A DNA stretch of 64,000 bases from Candidatus Oxydemutator sp. GTDB lineage: Bacteria > Pseudomonadota > Gammaproteobacteria > Poriferisulfidales > Oxydemutatoraceae. Below, piece after piece: positions 44,201 through 51,494 of the stretch. Made by a program: the position numbers and the translations under genes. The notes beneath the pieces are model-generated. The model did not search any database and was not told where the DNA came from. It saw nothing but the letters and a program-made list of their open reading frames with translations. The stretch covers positions 2,193,843-2,257,842 of the forward strand of contig OZ241883.1 in assembly GCA_965203445.1 (NCBI GenBank), given 5' to 3'. Position 1 is the stretch's first letter. Each line of letters opens with the position of its first letter.

Positions 44201-47200
44201 TGAATACGCAATTTGCTTATGACGTGGCCGTTGCCTTCAAAAACAGCGGTGTAATACACTATCGGATCGCTGCCCCCTATCGGCGTCCAGTTCTCTATGC
44301 CCGACAAGTCCAGGTCGTTTAACAATTCGTAGCCCTTGCAATCGCCCGCACAAGTCGCAACCTCGTCGAAAAACGGAAATGCCTCGTCGTAAGCAGCCTT
44401 GTCTTCATCATCCACGCCGCGCAAACCTTCGCCGCCCAAGTCATGGCGGATCGCCGCCAACTGCGACGTCGTCGTAACGTCTATCAGATTATTGCCGTCG
44501 GCGTCGTAATTTCTCCCATTCGGGGCGATGACGCTGACGACCGCGGAACTGGCGACACCCAAATGCACGTTGTCCGGACCTCGCAAATCGCTTAACCTCA
44601 CTCGATACGTCTCTCTCCGATCCGGCGTCCCGTCCTGCGCTATCCGTATCCTGAAAACCGCCCTGTCGGTATTGACCAGGGCCACCGTGCCTCTCGTCGA
44701 ATCGGCAAAATCGGACGCCTCGGCGTGGCCGGCGCCGGAACCGGTCAATTCCACCGACCAACTCATCGTCACCACGACGCTGCCGACGGCATCCAATTCC
44801 ACCACGTACCTTACCGTCGAACCTTCCGCTACCACAGCGTCGCTTCGCTGCGACAGCGTCACCGATACCGGCGGCAGCAAGCGCCGCTGCACGCCGGCAG
44901 CGGTGGTGTTGCCACCGGGATAACGCGCGCTCACGCCGCGCAACGCCGGATACTCCAAATCGCTCCCGAAATCCCACGGGCTGTCATCGTTCAACGTCAC
45001 AACGCCCATGGCCGTGCTCGCCACGCCGTCCACGTTCAACTTGTCCCAACCGGTATAGATGCCGACCGCCGTGGTCGGAGCCCTCAACTGGGCGGACGTC
45101 CTCGACGTATCCGCGTCATACGACGGCACGTTCTGGCCGCAGCACGAAGACTGCCCGCTGCGCACCCTGTCAAAGTAGCTTGCCTGAACGTCATATTTGT
45201 CGGCGTCGGGTTCATTACGCCCCCCCAACAAACCACCCCGTAAGGTGCTTCCACCGTATGTCCCCCCTGTCACCATACCAATGGAGTAACTGGCGCTCAC
45301 CACCGAACCTATACCGGCTTCGCCTATCAGACCACCCGATCGGTGCTCATCCGCATGCACTTCCACGTCCGCGTAACTCGCTATTACCGTGCCATAATTG
45401 GCACCCGCCAAACCGCCCGCCGCCCAAACACCTTCTACGCTGCCGCCTACCACGTAACTCGCCGCCACTTTGCCGTCGTTACGGCCCACCAAGGCGCCCG
45501 TATAAATACTGCTGTCTCCCACGTGTACGTTCACGTCCCTAAGGCCCACGTTGCGGATTGTGCCGACGCTGCTTGTGCCACCAAACAACCCCGCGTGATG
45601 CAACCGTGACGACGGCCTGTGAATACGCAATTTGCTTATGACGTGGCCGTTGCCTTCAAAAACAGCAGAGTAATGCTCTATCGGATCGCCGCCCCCTATC
45701 GGCGCCCAATTCTCTATGCCCGATAAATCCAGGTCGTTTAACAATTCGTAGCCCTTGCAGCCGCCCGCACACGTCGCGACCTCGTCGAAAAACGGAAATG
45801 CCTCTTCGTAAGCAGCCCCGTCTCCATCATCCACGCCGCGCAAACCTTCGCCGCCCAAGTCATGGCGGATCGCCGCCAACTGCGACGTCGTCGTAACGTC
45901 TATCAGATTATTGCCGTCGGCGTCGTAATTTCTCCCATCCGGGGCGATGACGCTGACGACCGCGGAACTGGCGACACCCAAATACACGTTGTCCGGACCT
46001 CGCAAATCGCTTAGCCTCACTCGATACGTCTCTCTCCGATCCGGCGTCCCGTCCTGCGCTATCCGTATCCTGAAAACCGCGCTGTCGGTATTGACCAAAA
46101 CCACCGTCCCTCTCGTCGAATCGGCAAAATCGGACGCCTCGGCGTGGCCGGCGCCGGAACCGGTCAATTCCACCGACCAACTCATCGTCACCACGGCGCT
46201 GACGCCGGCATCCCATTCCACCGCGTACCTTACCGTCGAGCCTTCCGCTACCACAGCGTCGCCTCGCTGCGACAACGCCACCAATACCGGCGACTGCAAG
46301 CGCCACTGCACGCCGGTAGCGGTGGTGTTGCCGTGGGGATAGCGCGCGCTCACGCCACGCAACACCGGATATTGGAACGGACTGCCAAAATCCCACGGGC
46401 TGTCATCGTTCAACGTCACAACGCCCATAGCCGTGCTCGCCACGCCGTCCACGTTCAACTTGTCCCAACCATCGTAGATGCCCGTCGCCGTGGTCGGCTC
46501 GCGCAACTTCCCCACACTCCTGGCCGGCGACCCCGGCACACCCACGCCACCCCCGCCCCAACCGCCGACGTCGCCGGCATAGTAACTGCTCTGGATCACG
46601 TCAAATCTATGTCTATCACCGCTTCCCTCGTTCAAACCCACCACACCGCCAACTCCCGTTGCAGCCGGACTGTAGGGCAGCCGCTTCAACCGGGAGCGCG
46701 CATAACTCGCTATGATCCTGCCGCCACGGTTCCAACCCACCAGACCACCAGCCCGATCTCTTCGCACTGCCACGGTCACGTCGGCGTAAGAAGCGACGAT
46801 CTCCTCTCTATTCTCATTCCTCTCATTCCTGCCCGTCAGACCGCCTACACCATAATGGCCCCTCACCATACCGCCCACCACGTAGCTCGCCGCCACCTGG
46901 CCGAAGTTGGCACCCACCAGCGCACCCACCCAGAAGCTGATCGACTCGGCCACGTCGACGTTCACGTTCACCAGACCCACGTTGCGGACGACACCGTCGG
47001 AACCCAGAACACCGAACAAACCCACGGAATTCAAGTTCCTGACCGTACTCGACAAATGCAAACGTTCGATGACGTGGCCGTTACCCTCAAAGACCGCGTT
47101 GTAGCGATTCCCGGGCGGATTGGCAAACGGGCCGAGTACGCGCCCGCCCCCTATCGGCGTCCAGTTGACGCCGGACAGGTCTATGTCGTTCAACAGTTCA

Positions 47201-47451
47201 TAACCTTTGCAAGTGCCGGGACAACCCATGCCCTGCACGGCATCGGGAAACGCAGCGCCATAGGCGGCGGCGGCGGCGTTGCCGGCGCCCGCCAGATCGT
47301 GGGCGATGGCCTGCAACTGCGTCGAGGTCTCGACGTCTATCAAATTGTTGTCATTCACGTCATAGTCGACGCCCCCGGGAGGGGTTTGGGCCGCGGCGCC
47401 GACGGTAAAAACCATCAGCGCCAGACACGCAGCAATTCTCATTGCCCACAC
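35215..47451 (-). CDS. Giant secreted modular surface protein of 4078 aa. It has a signal peptide, eight GLUG-motif/Calx-beta-like modules and a C-terminal dockerin-like Ca-binding segment
   Basis: N-terminal signal peptide MWAMRIAACLALMVFTVGAAAQ. Repeated GGLxGxNxG/ASY (GLUG-type) segments. Calx-beta-like blocks (TMSWSVELTGSGAGHAEASDF...VxLVNTDSAVFxIRIAQDGTPDRRETYRVRLSDL). C-terminal DTDGDNDVDADD...DLDFDGEV. Confidence 0.8.
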   Translation of the reverse strand: MWAMRIAACLALMVFTVGAAAQTPPGGVDYDVNDNNLIDVETSTQLQAIAHDLAGAGNAAAAAYGAAFPDAVQGMGCPGTCKGYELLNDIDLSGVNWTPIGGGRVLGPFANPPGNRYNAVFEGNGHVIERLHLSSTVRNLNSVGLFGVLGSDGVVRNVGLVNVNVDVAESISFWVGALVGANFGQVAASYVVGGMVRGHYGVGGLTGRNERNENREEIVASYADVTVAVRRDRAGGLVGWNRGGRIIASYARSRLKRLPYSPAATGVGGVVGLNEGSGDRHRFDVIQSSYYAGDVGGWGGGGVGVPGSPARSVGKLREPTTATGIYDGWDKLNVDGVASTAMGVVTLNDDSPWDFGSPFQYPVLRGVSARYPHGNTTATGVQWRLQSPVLVALSQRGDAVVAEGSTVRYAVEWDAGVSAVVTMSWSVELTGSGAGHAEASDFADSTRGTVVLVNTDSAVFRIRIAQDGTPDRRETYRVRLSDLRGPDNVYLGVASSAVVSVIAPDGRNYDADGNNLIDVTTTSQLAAIRHDLGGEGLRGVDDGDGAAYEEAFPFFDEVATCAGGCKGYELLNDLDLSGIENWAPIGGGDPIEHYSAVFEGNGHVISKLRIHRPSSRLHHAGLFGGTSSVGTIRNVGLRDVNVHVGDSSIYTGALVGRNDGKVAASYVVGGSVEGVWAAGGLAGANYGTVIASYADVEVHADEHRSGGLIGEAGIGSVVSASYSIGMVTGGTYGGSTLRGGLLGGRNEPDADKYDVQASYFDRVRSGQSSCCGQNVPSYDADTSRTSAQLRAPTTAVGIYTGWDKLNVDGVASTAMGVVTLNDDSPWDFGSDLEYPALRGVSARYPGGNTTAAGVQRRLLPPVSVTLSQRSDAVVAEGSTVRYVVELDAVGSVVVTMSWSVELTGSGAGHAEASDFADSTRGTVALVNTDRAVFRIRIAQDGTPDRRETYRVRLSDLRGPDNVHLGVASSAVVSVIAPNGRNYDADGNNLIDVTTTSQLAAIRHDLGGEGLRGVDDEDKAAYDEAFPFFDEVATCAGDCKGYELLNDLDLSGIENWTPIGGSDPIVYYTAVFEGNGHVISKLRIHRPSSRLHHAGLFGGTSDVGTIRNVGLRDVSVRVWGSSIYTGALVGRNHGKVAASWVIGGSVGGVWSAGGLVGINSGTVIASYADVEVHAIVHRSGGLIGEAGIGSVVSASYSIGMVTGGEYGGSILRGGLLGGGRNEPDAVRYDVQASYFDRVRSGQASCCGQDMPSYDADTSRTSAQLRIPTTAVGIYTGWDKLNVDDAASTAMGVVTLNDDGPWDFGSDLEYPVLRGVSARYPDGNTTAAGVQRRLLSPISVTLSQRSDAVAAEGSTVRYAVELDAGGSVVVTMSWSVELTGSGAGHAEASDFASSTRGTVALVNTNSAVFSIRIAQDGTPERRETYRVRLSDLRGPDNVHLGVASSAVVSVIASNGRNYDADGNNLINVATTSQLAAIRHDLGGEGLRGVDDEGEAAYEEAFSFFDEAETCAGDCRGYELSNDLDLSGVEWQPLGGGVANRGNGAGDEYTGTFEGNGFVISGMRIVLGSRLDNVGLFGILGAGGMIRNTGLRDVEVDLTDRSVVAGALAGINKGRIAASYVVGGSVKTGYGAGGLVGTNEGAVIACYANVEAHAKYNSDEALSGGLVSALADSGVVSASYSIGKPSARGGVTGGLAGWRADGGEIQSSYFDTERSGLSSCCGSGASLPYRSSRTSAELRGPTTAMGIYAGWDKLNVDGVDQGGDRDLNDDAPWDFGSPFQYPVLRQGRTTATAEVHPGGVDYDVNDNNLIDVETSTQLQAIAHDLAGAGNAAAAAYGAAFPDAVQGMGCPGTCKGYELLNDIDLSGVNWTPIGGGRVLGPFANPPGNRYNAVFEGNGHVIERLHLSSTVRNLNSVGLFGVLGSDGVVRNVGLVNVNVDVAESISFWVGALVGANFGQVAASYVVGGMVRGFYGVGGLTGRNERNENREEIVASYADVTVAVRRDRAGGLVGWNRGGRIIASYARSRLKRLPYSPAATRVGGVVGFNEGSGDRHRHDVIQSSYYAGDVGGWGGGGVGVPGSPARSVGKLREPTTATGIYDGWDKLNVDGVASTAMGVVTLNDDSPWDFGSPFQYPVLRGVSARYPHGNTTATGVQWRLQSPVLVALSQRGDAVVAEGSTVRYAVEWDAGVSAVVTMSWSVELTGSGVGHAEASDFADSTRGTVALVNTDSAVFSIRIARDGTPDRRETYRVRLSDLRGPDNVRLDVASSAVVSVIAPDGRNYDADGNNLIDVSTTSQLAAIRHDLGGEGLRGVDDEDRAAYEEAFPFFDEVATCAGGCKGYELLNDVDLSGIENWTPIGGGDPIAYYTAVFEGNGHVISKLRIHRPSSRLHHAGLFGGTSDVGTIRNVGLRDVNVRVGGGSFYTGALVGRNHGKVAASYVVGGSVEGVWSAGGLAGANYGTVIASYADVEVHADEHGSGGLIGEAGIGSVVSASYSIGMVTGGTYDGSTLRGGLLGGRNETDADKYDVQASYFDRVRSGQTSCCGQNVPSYDADTSRTSAQLRAPTTAVGIYSGWDKLNVDDAASTAMGVVTLNDDSPWDFGSDLEYPALRGVSARYPGGNTTAAGVQRRLLPPVSVTLSQRSDAVVAEGSTVRYVVELDAVGSVVVTMSWSVELTGSGAGHAEASDFADSTRGTVALVNTDSAVFSIRIAQDGTPDRRETYRVRLSDLRGPDNVHLGVASSAVVSVIAPDGRNYDADGNNLIDVSTTSQLAAIRHDLGGEGLRGVDDEDRAAYEEAFPFFDEVATCAGDCKGYELLNDLDLSGIENWTPIGGGDPIAYYTAVFEGNGHVISKLRIHRPSSRLHHAGLFGGTSDVGTIRNVGLRDVSVRVWGGSYYTGALVGRNHGKVAASWVIGGSVGGVFSAGGLVGINSGTVIASYADVEVHAIVHRSGGLIGEAGIGSVVSASYSIGMVTGGEYGGSILRGGLLGGGRNEPDAVRYDVQASYFDRVRSGQASCCGQDMPSFDADTSRTSAQLRIPTTAVGIYTGWDELNVDDAASTAMGVVTLNDDGPWDFGSDLEYPVLRGVSARYPDGNTTAAGVQRRLLSPISVTLSQRSDAVAAEGSTVRYAVELDAGGSVVVTMSWSVELTGSGAGHAEASDFASSTRGTVTLVNTNSAVFSIRIAQDGTLERRETYRVRLSDLRGPDNVHLGVASSAVVSVIASNGRNYDADGNNLINVATTSQLAAIRHDLGGEGLRGVDDEGEAAYEEAFSFFDEAETCAGDCRGYELSNDLDLSGVEWQPLGGGVANRGNGAGDEYTGTFEGNGFVISGMRIVLGSRLDNVGLFGILGAGGMIRNTGLRDVEVDLTDRSVVAGALAGINKGRIAASYVVGGSVKTGYGAGGLVGTNEGAVIACYANVEAHAKYNSDEALSGGLVSALADSGVVSASYSIGKPSARGGVTGGLAGWRADGGEIQSSYFDTERSGLSSCCGSGASLPYRSSRTSAELRGPTTAMGIYAGWDKLNVDGVDQGGDRDLNDDAPWDFGSPFQYPVLRQGRTTATVQAQYSSQTRISLTPVLDGSRAVSEGERASYVVSLERALPLGVTASWSWAVDGGVVGADDFDDTTRGNVVIAPGRSSASFSLAVAVDGFSEPEEVFEVSLGDAVLSGNADNASLGRGSVVQTTIAANGDLRVTVAAASATVDEGATATFMVRLVGVGAGDGAVTVEYEITAVSEGLTPADLQSVTAMDRGGVTSVRVVALPVTGSVTVGVGDIARVSVRVAGDDTPGESGEQFRLRLTGCRNCGLFAEIGVPAASQVGIRDRISVVSAHVYLQGAYAGGDRMRTRLIEYLPASSPYGTAPWNAPQITVPGMSAGDFGLSGVTDTVVDWVLVELRKTPRHAGAAAAVTPLARQAALLLGDGTIVGVDGLNGDALRTEGVLFGAGIDSASEDLYVLIHHRNHLSVMATATAVACDAGAGADYCVDFRLQPSHQNCQAPLAGGRYAMFAGDTDGDNDVDADDEAAIRASNLETIGRRHYRAVSGNGYAIDADLDFDGEVLSADRRYIILNKIGNTLPLACAVR
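36772..47385. repeat. Near-identical tandem duplication with a 5307-bp period (two copies, about 36772-42078 and 42079-47385) inside the giant gene. Each copy is built from four sub-modules of about 1.42 kb
   Basis: Antisense ORF pairs are offset by exactly 5307 nt (37195/42502, 37760/43067, 39182/44489, 40601/45908, 40837/46144). They are identical or differ at about 1% of residues. Internal offsets of 1419-1422 nt, for example 38893/40312. Confidence 0.85.
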
Positions 47452-47543
47452 CTTGGCTATGCGGAATTAGAGAGGGAGGGTGTAATCATCAGGATATTGT
47501 ACAACAGTCGACCTTCCTCCTGAATCAGGGCCGCAGTCATTGA

Positions 47544-47797
47544 GAGAAATCCCATTGTATCAGGCTGTTGCCCCCCAAAGCATCTGCAACGGCACGGCAT
47601 ACAGTCTGTCGCCGAAAGGCAGGGGTCTCTCGCCATTATAAACCAGTACCCCGCCGGCAAAGCGTTCGCCCGTTGCGTCCCTGAGTTTGCGCAGTCCGCG
47701 AAAGTCGGACTTTTTGAGCGTGGCGGACGCCTTCACTTCCACCCCCGTCAAAGCCATCGCGTCGCGCTCTATCACGATGTCCACTTCCGCGCCGCCC
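47544..47797. repeat. Right copy of the approximately 254-bp direct repeat (inside the 3' end of the intact DUF4143 ATPase gene)
   Basis: See 34682-34935. Confidence 0.8.
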
Positions 47798-48804
47798 TTG
47801 TCTCGATAGTGGTAGAAGGTATGCGGTTCCTGATGTCCGCTTGCCTGCCGCCTCAATTCCTGCAAGACAAACGATTCCAGCATGTGACCGAACAGGGGGC
47901 CGTTGTACGCAAGTGCCGCGCCGTTCAATTTCATCAAAGCGCAGGCAATTCCGGTATCGCTGACGTGCAGTTTGGGGGTCTTTATCAAGGATTGCAGGCG
48001 ATTGCTGTGCCACGCCGGCAATTTTTCCAGCAAAAACATTTTTTCCAACAGGAAAAGATAGTCTCGGACGGCGGTGCGGCTGAGTGCAAACGACGTCGCC
48101 AAGCCGTTCACGCTCAAGAGCCGGGCGGTCTGCGCCGCGGCCATCAACAGCAACCGGGACAGATTTTCAGGCGAGCGGATTGCGGCCACGTCCGGCACGT
48201 CGTGTTGGACGAGAGCCCTGATGTATCCGTTGTACCACGCCGTGCGCCTTCTGCCGGAACGTTGCAGTGCCGCCGGGTAGCCGCCGGCCACAACGCGATC
48301 CGCGATTTGCTCCCGCGCGGGCCTGCCTCGTCGCGCCTGAAAGGTCGTGGCAAACAGGGAGTCAAGAAACGTGGGCGCGGTCTGGGCAAGTTCGCATTGT
48401 GAGAAAGGATGCAGGTCTATGATTTCCATGCGGCCCGCAAGCGAATCGGCAATTTGGCGCACCTGCAACACGTTCACCGAACCAGTCAGCAGAAAGCGCC
48501 CCGGCGTGCGGTTGCGGTCAACCATCAGTTTGATGGATGAGAATAACCAGGGAACCCGCTGCGCCTCGTCCAATATGACGCGCTCGGACAAGTTATTGGC
48601 AAAGCCGACGGGATCTTCTTCGACGGACTTGCGCACGTCGTCGTCGTCGAAACTGATGTACTCGTAACCCGCGGTTCGCCCAACCATCTGGGCAAGCGTC
48701 GTTTTGCCGCACTGACGCGCCCCTTGAATCAGCACGACGGGAGAATCCGCCAGCGCTTCTTTCAGACGCGGTTCGACGTGGCGTGTGTAGTCGGTTTCGA
48801 TCAC
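47560..48804 (-). CDS. AAA+ ATPase with a C-terminal DUF4143 domain (COG1373 family)
   Basis: Walker A GARQCGKTT near the N-terminus and a Walker B-like ILDEAQ. 414 aa. The C-terminal DUF4143-type region is duplicated at 34698-34889. Confidence 0.8.
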   Translation of the reverse strand: MIETDYTRHVEPRLKEALADSPVVLIQGARQCGKTTLAQMVGRTAGYEYISFDDDDVRKSVEEDPVGFANNLSERVILDEAQRVPWLFSSIKLMVDRNRTPGRFLLTGSVNVLQVRQIADSLAGRMEIIDLHPFSQCELAQTAPTFLDSLFATTFQARRGRPAREQIADRVVAGGYPAALQRSGRRRTAWYNGYIRALVQHDVPDVAAIRSPENLSRLLLMAAAQTARLLSVNGLATSFALSRTAVRDYLFLLEKMFLLEKLPAWHSNRLQSLIKTPKLHVSDTGIACALMKLNGAALAYNGPLFGHMLESFVLQELRRQASGHQEPHTFYHYRDKGGAEVDIVIERDAMALTGVEVKASATLKKSDFRGLRKLRDATGERFAGGVLVYNGERPLPFGDRLYAVPLQMLWGATA

Positions 48805-48810
48805 AGTGTT

Positions 48811-48962
48811 CTAATTGTATATCTATAAGCCTTCTAATTGCACATTTATATGTGTATTTTTCTGGTATTTACAAGGGGAACAAACCATATATTATTGATA
48901 TAAAAATATATTTTATGTCTATTATAATTGCACATTTATGGGTATTCTAATTGCACATTTGA
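48811..48962. promoter_or_regulatory. AT-rich promoter/operator region with three or four direct copies of (C)TAATTGCACATTT(A/G)
   Basis: Exact copies at 48834-48848, 48925-48940 and 48947-48962. A degenerate copy CTAATTGTATATCTA at 48811-48825. Copies are paired at spacings of 22-23 bp. Lies upstream of the ATPase gene start at 48804. Confidence 0.45.
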
Positions 48963-48975
48963 CGGGGATATATTG

Positions 48976-50136
48976 TCATTTTTCCCTCATCCCCGCACCT
49001 TCTATCACCTCCCTGACCGCCTCCAGTTCCGCGGCTACCGTGCGTATTTTTCCCTGCGCCTGGCGCATCGCGACGTCCGGGTCTTTCAGGCCGTGGCCGG
49101 TCAGCGTGCATACAATGCGGCTGCCGGCCTCGATTTTGCCCGCCTCGACGTCCTTCAGCAATCCGGCGATAGAGATCGCCGACGCCGGTTCGCAGAATAT
49201 GCCCTCGCGTTCGGCCAGCATTCGTTGCGCCGCCAGGATCTCCTCGTCGGTGCGGCAATCGAACCACCCGCCAGATTCCTGCCCGGCGATCAGCGCCATG
49301 TCCCAGCTTTGCGGATTGCCGATGCGGATGGCGGTCGCTATCGTATCCGGGTTCTCGACTTTCCTGCCCGACACAATCGGCGCGGCGCCCACGGCCTGGT
49401 AGCCCAACATGCGCGGACGGCGGTTCGCCCGGGCGCCGTCGTAGCCGCGCCACGCCGCGCCCAAGGCTTGCCTGGCCTTGTCCACGCAACCGCTCGGCAG
49501 GCGCGCGGCTTCGGAATAGCCCATCCAGTAGGCGGAGATATTGCCGGCGTTGCCGACCGGCAGGCAGTGGTAGTCGGGTGCGTCGCCCAACGCCTCGACG
49601 ATCTCGAAGGCGGCGGTCTTCTGGCCCTGCAAGCGGTACGGGTTGACCGAGTTCACGAGCGTCACCGGCATCTCGGCGGACAGCGTCTTGACCAGTTCCA
49701 TGCCCTGATCGAAGTTGCCCCGGATCTGGACGACGGCGGCGCCCTCGATGATCGCCTGCGCGAGTTTGCCCATCGCGATCTTGCCGTCCGGTATCAGCAC
49801 GAACACGGCGAGGCCGGCGCGCGCCCCGTAGGCCGCGGCCGAGGCCGACGTGTTTCCGGTCGAGGCGCAGATCAACGCGCGGCTGCCCTCGGCGACGGCC
49901 TGGGTCACGGCCACCGTCATGCCGCGATCCTTGAACGAACCGGTCGGGTTCAGGCCCTCATATTTGACGTGGATTTCCAGCGGCACGCCCAAAGCCGCGG
50001 GGATATTGCGAAGGCGGATCAGCGGCGTCGCGCCCTCGCACAGGGACACCGGCGCGGCGTCGTCCGGCAGCGGCAAGCAATGCCGATAGGCGGAGATCAG
50101 GCCGTCGCGTGAACACGTGGTTTCGCCGGGAATCAT
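48976..50136 (-). CDS. thrC: Threonine synthase (short, Bacillus-type)
   Basis: PLP lysine motif [11 protein letters not shown]. About 386 aa from MIPGE. The upstream track start at 50181 is less likely. Confidence 0.85.
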   Translation of the reverse strand: MIPGETTCSRDGLISAYRHCLPLPDDAAPVSLCEGATPLIRLRNIPAALGVPLEIHVKYEGLNPTGSFKDRGMTVAVTQAVAEGSRALICASTGNTSASAAAYGARAGLAVFVLIPDGKIAMGKLAQAIIEGAAVVQIRGNFDQGMELVKTLSAEMPVTLVNSVNPYRLQGQKTAAFEIVEALGDAPDYHCLPVGNAGNISAYWMGYSEAARLPSGCVDKARQALGAAWRGYDGARANRRPRMLGYQAVGAAPIVSGRKVENPDTIATAIRIGNPQSWDMALIAGQESGGWFDCRTDEEILAAQRMLAEREGIFCEPASAISIAGLLKDVEAGKIEAGSRIVCTLTGHGLKDPDVAMRQAQGKIRTVAAELEAVREVIEGAGMREK

Positions 50137-50177
50137 TTGTAGAAAACAATCAGGGGAGGAAAAACCATCACCCCAGA

Positions 50178-51494
50178 TCACCCCAGGTCTTCGACGCGGA
50201 TTTGCACGACTTTATCGTCCACGCTGTCGAGCGCGCGTATCCGCCGCACGGCTTCGTCCACGTCGCGTTCGCGCACCGGGTAGGTCATCAGCACCAGCGG
50301 CACCGGTTTGCCGTCGCCGCGGGTTTCCTTTTGCATGACCGCCTCGATGCTGATCCGCAGATCGCCCAACACGCGCGTGATCGCGGCCAGCACGCCCGGC
50401 TCGTCGCGCACTTGCAGGCGCAGATAACAGGCGGTGATCACGTCGCCGATTGCGACCACCGGGACGTCCGCCAGCGCGTCGGGCTGAAACGCCAGATGCG
50501 GCACGCGGTTCTCCGGGTCCGACGTCAGCGCGCGCACAACGTCTATCAGGTCGGCGACCACCGCCGACGCGGTCGGCTCGGCGCCGGCGCCGGCGCCGTA
50601 ATACAGCGTCGGGCCGGCCGCGTCGCCGTCCACCATGACCGCGTTCATCACGCCCTCGACGCTGGCCAGCAGCGAGTCGCCGCGGATCAGCGCCGGGTGC
50701 ACGCGCAACTCTATGCCGTCGTCGCCGCGCCTGGCCACGCCCAAGTGTTTGATACGATAACCCAACTCGTCGGCATAAATCACGTCGTCGGTATCCAGAC
50801 CGACCAGCCCCTCGATGTACACGCCGCCGAATTGCAGCGGAATGCCAAACGCGGTCGCCGCGATAATCGTCAGCTTGTGCGCGGCGTCTATACCGTCGAC
50901 GTCGAACGCCGGATCAGCCTCGGCGTAACCCAGCATCTGCGCCTCGGCCAGGGCGTCGGCGAAACTGCGCCGCTTATCCCGAATCTCGGTCAGGATAAAG
51001 TTGGTCGTGCCGTTGATGATGCCGACGATGCGCTCGATGCGGTTGCCGGACAGCCCTTCGCGCACCGCCTTGACAATCGGAATGCCGCCGGCGACCGCGG
51101 CCTCGAACGCGACGACGACGCCGCGTCGTTGCGCGGCCTCGAAGATCTCGCGCCCGTAGTCCGCGATCAGCGCCTTGTTCGCGGTGACGACGTGCTTGCC
51201 GCCGTCTATCGCGCGCAGCACCAGATCGCGCGCCGGCTCGATGCCGCCGAACAGTTCGACGACGACGTCTATATCCCGGTCGCCGATAACGTCGTTCGGG
51301 TCGCTCGACAGTTCGATGCCGGCGAGATCCGCCGGACGCTCGCGCGCAAGGTCGCGCGCGACCGCGCGCGTTACGCGGATCGTGCGCCCGGCGCGGCGCT
51401 CGATCTCGCCGGCGTTGCGCGCAAGCACGTTCAGCGTACCGCAACCGACGGTGCCGAGTCCCAGCAGGCCGACCGAAACCGGCTTCATCGTCAT
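50178..51494 (-). CDS. hom: Homoserine dehydrogenase
   Basis: NAD-binding GLGTVG. Catalytic domain. C-terminal ACT domain ([20 protein letters not shown]). Confidence 0.9.
   Translation of the reverse strand: MTMKPVSVGLLGLGTVGCGTLNVLARNAGEIERRAGRTIRVTRAVARDLARERPADLAGIELSSDPNDVIGDRDIDVVVELFGGIEPARDLVLRAIDGGKHVVTANKALIADYGREIFEAAQRRGVVVAFEAAVAGGIPIVKAVREGLSGNRIERIVGIINGTTNFILTEIRDKRRSFADALAEAQMLGYAEADPAFDVDGIDAAHKLTIIAATAFGIPLQFGGVYIEGLVGLDTDDVIYADELGYRIKHLGVARRGDDGIELRVHPALIRGDSLLASVEGVMNAVMVDGDAAGPTLYYGAGAGAEPTASAVVADLIDVVRALTSDPENRVPHLAFQPDALADVPVVAIGDVITACYLRLQVRDEPGVLAAITRVLGDLRISIEAVMQKETRGDGKPVPLVLMTYPVRERDVDEAVRRIRALDSVDDKVVQIRVEDLG

Noticed and set aside
35215-47451. The possibility that the tandem repeats form a CRISPR array
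   Set aside because: The repeat units are 1.4-5.3 kb and lie in frame within one long ORF that has clear protein-domain content. There are no short repeat-spacer units and no cas genes.
37195-47523. Many plus-strand ORFs of 130-485 aa inside the giant gene, which are antisense and occur in identical pairs offset by 5307 nt
   Set aside because: They are reading-frame artefacts of the repetitive high-GC coding sequence on the minus strand. I used them only to measure repeat periodicity.
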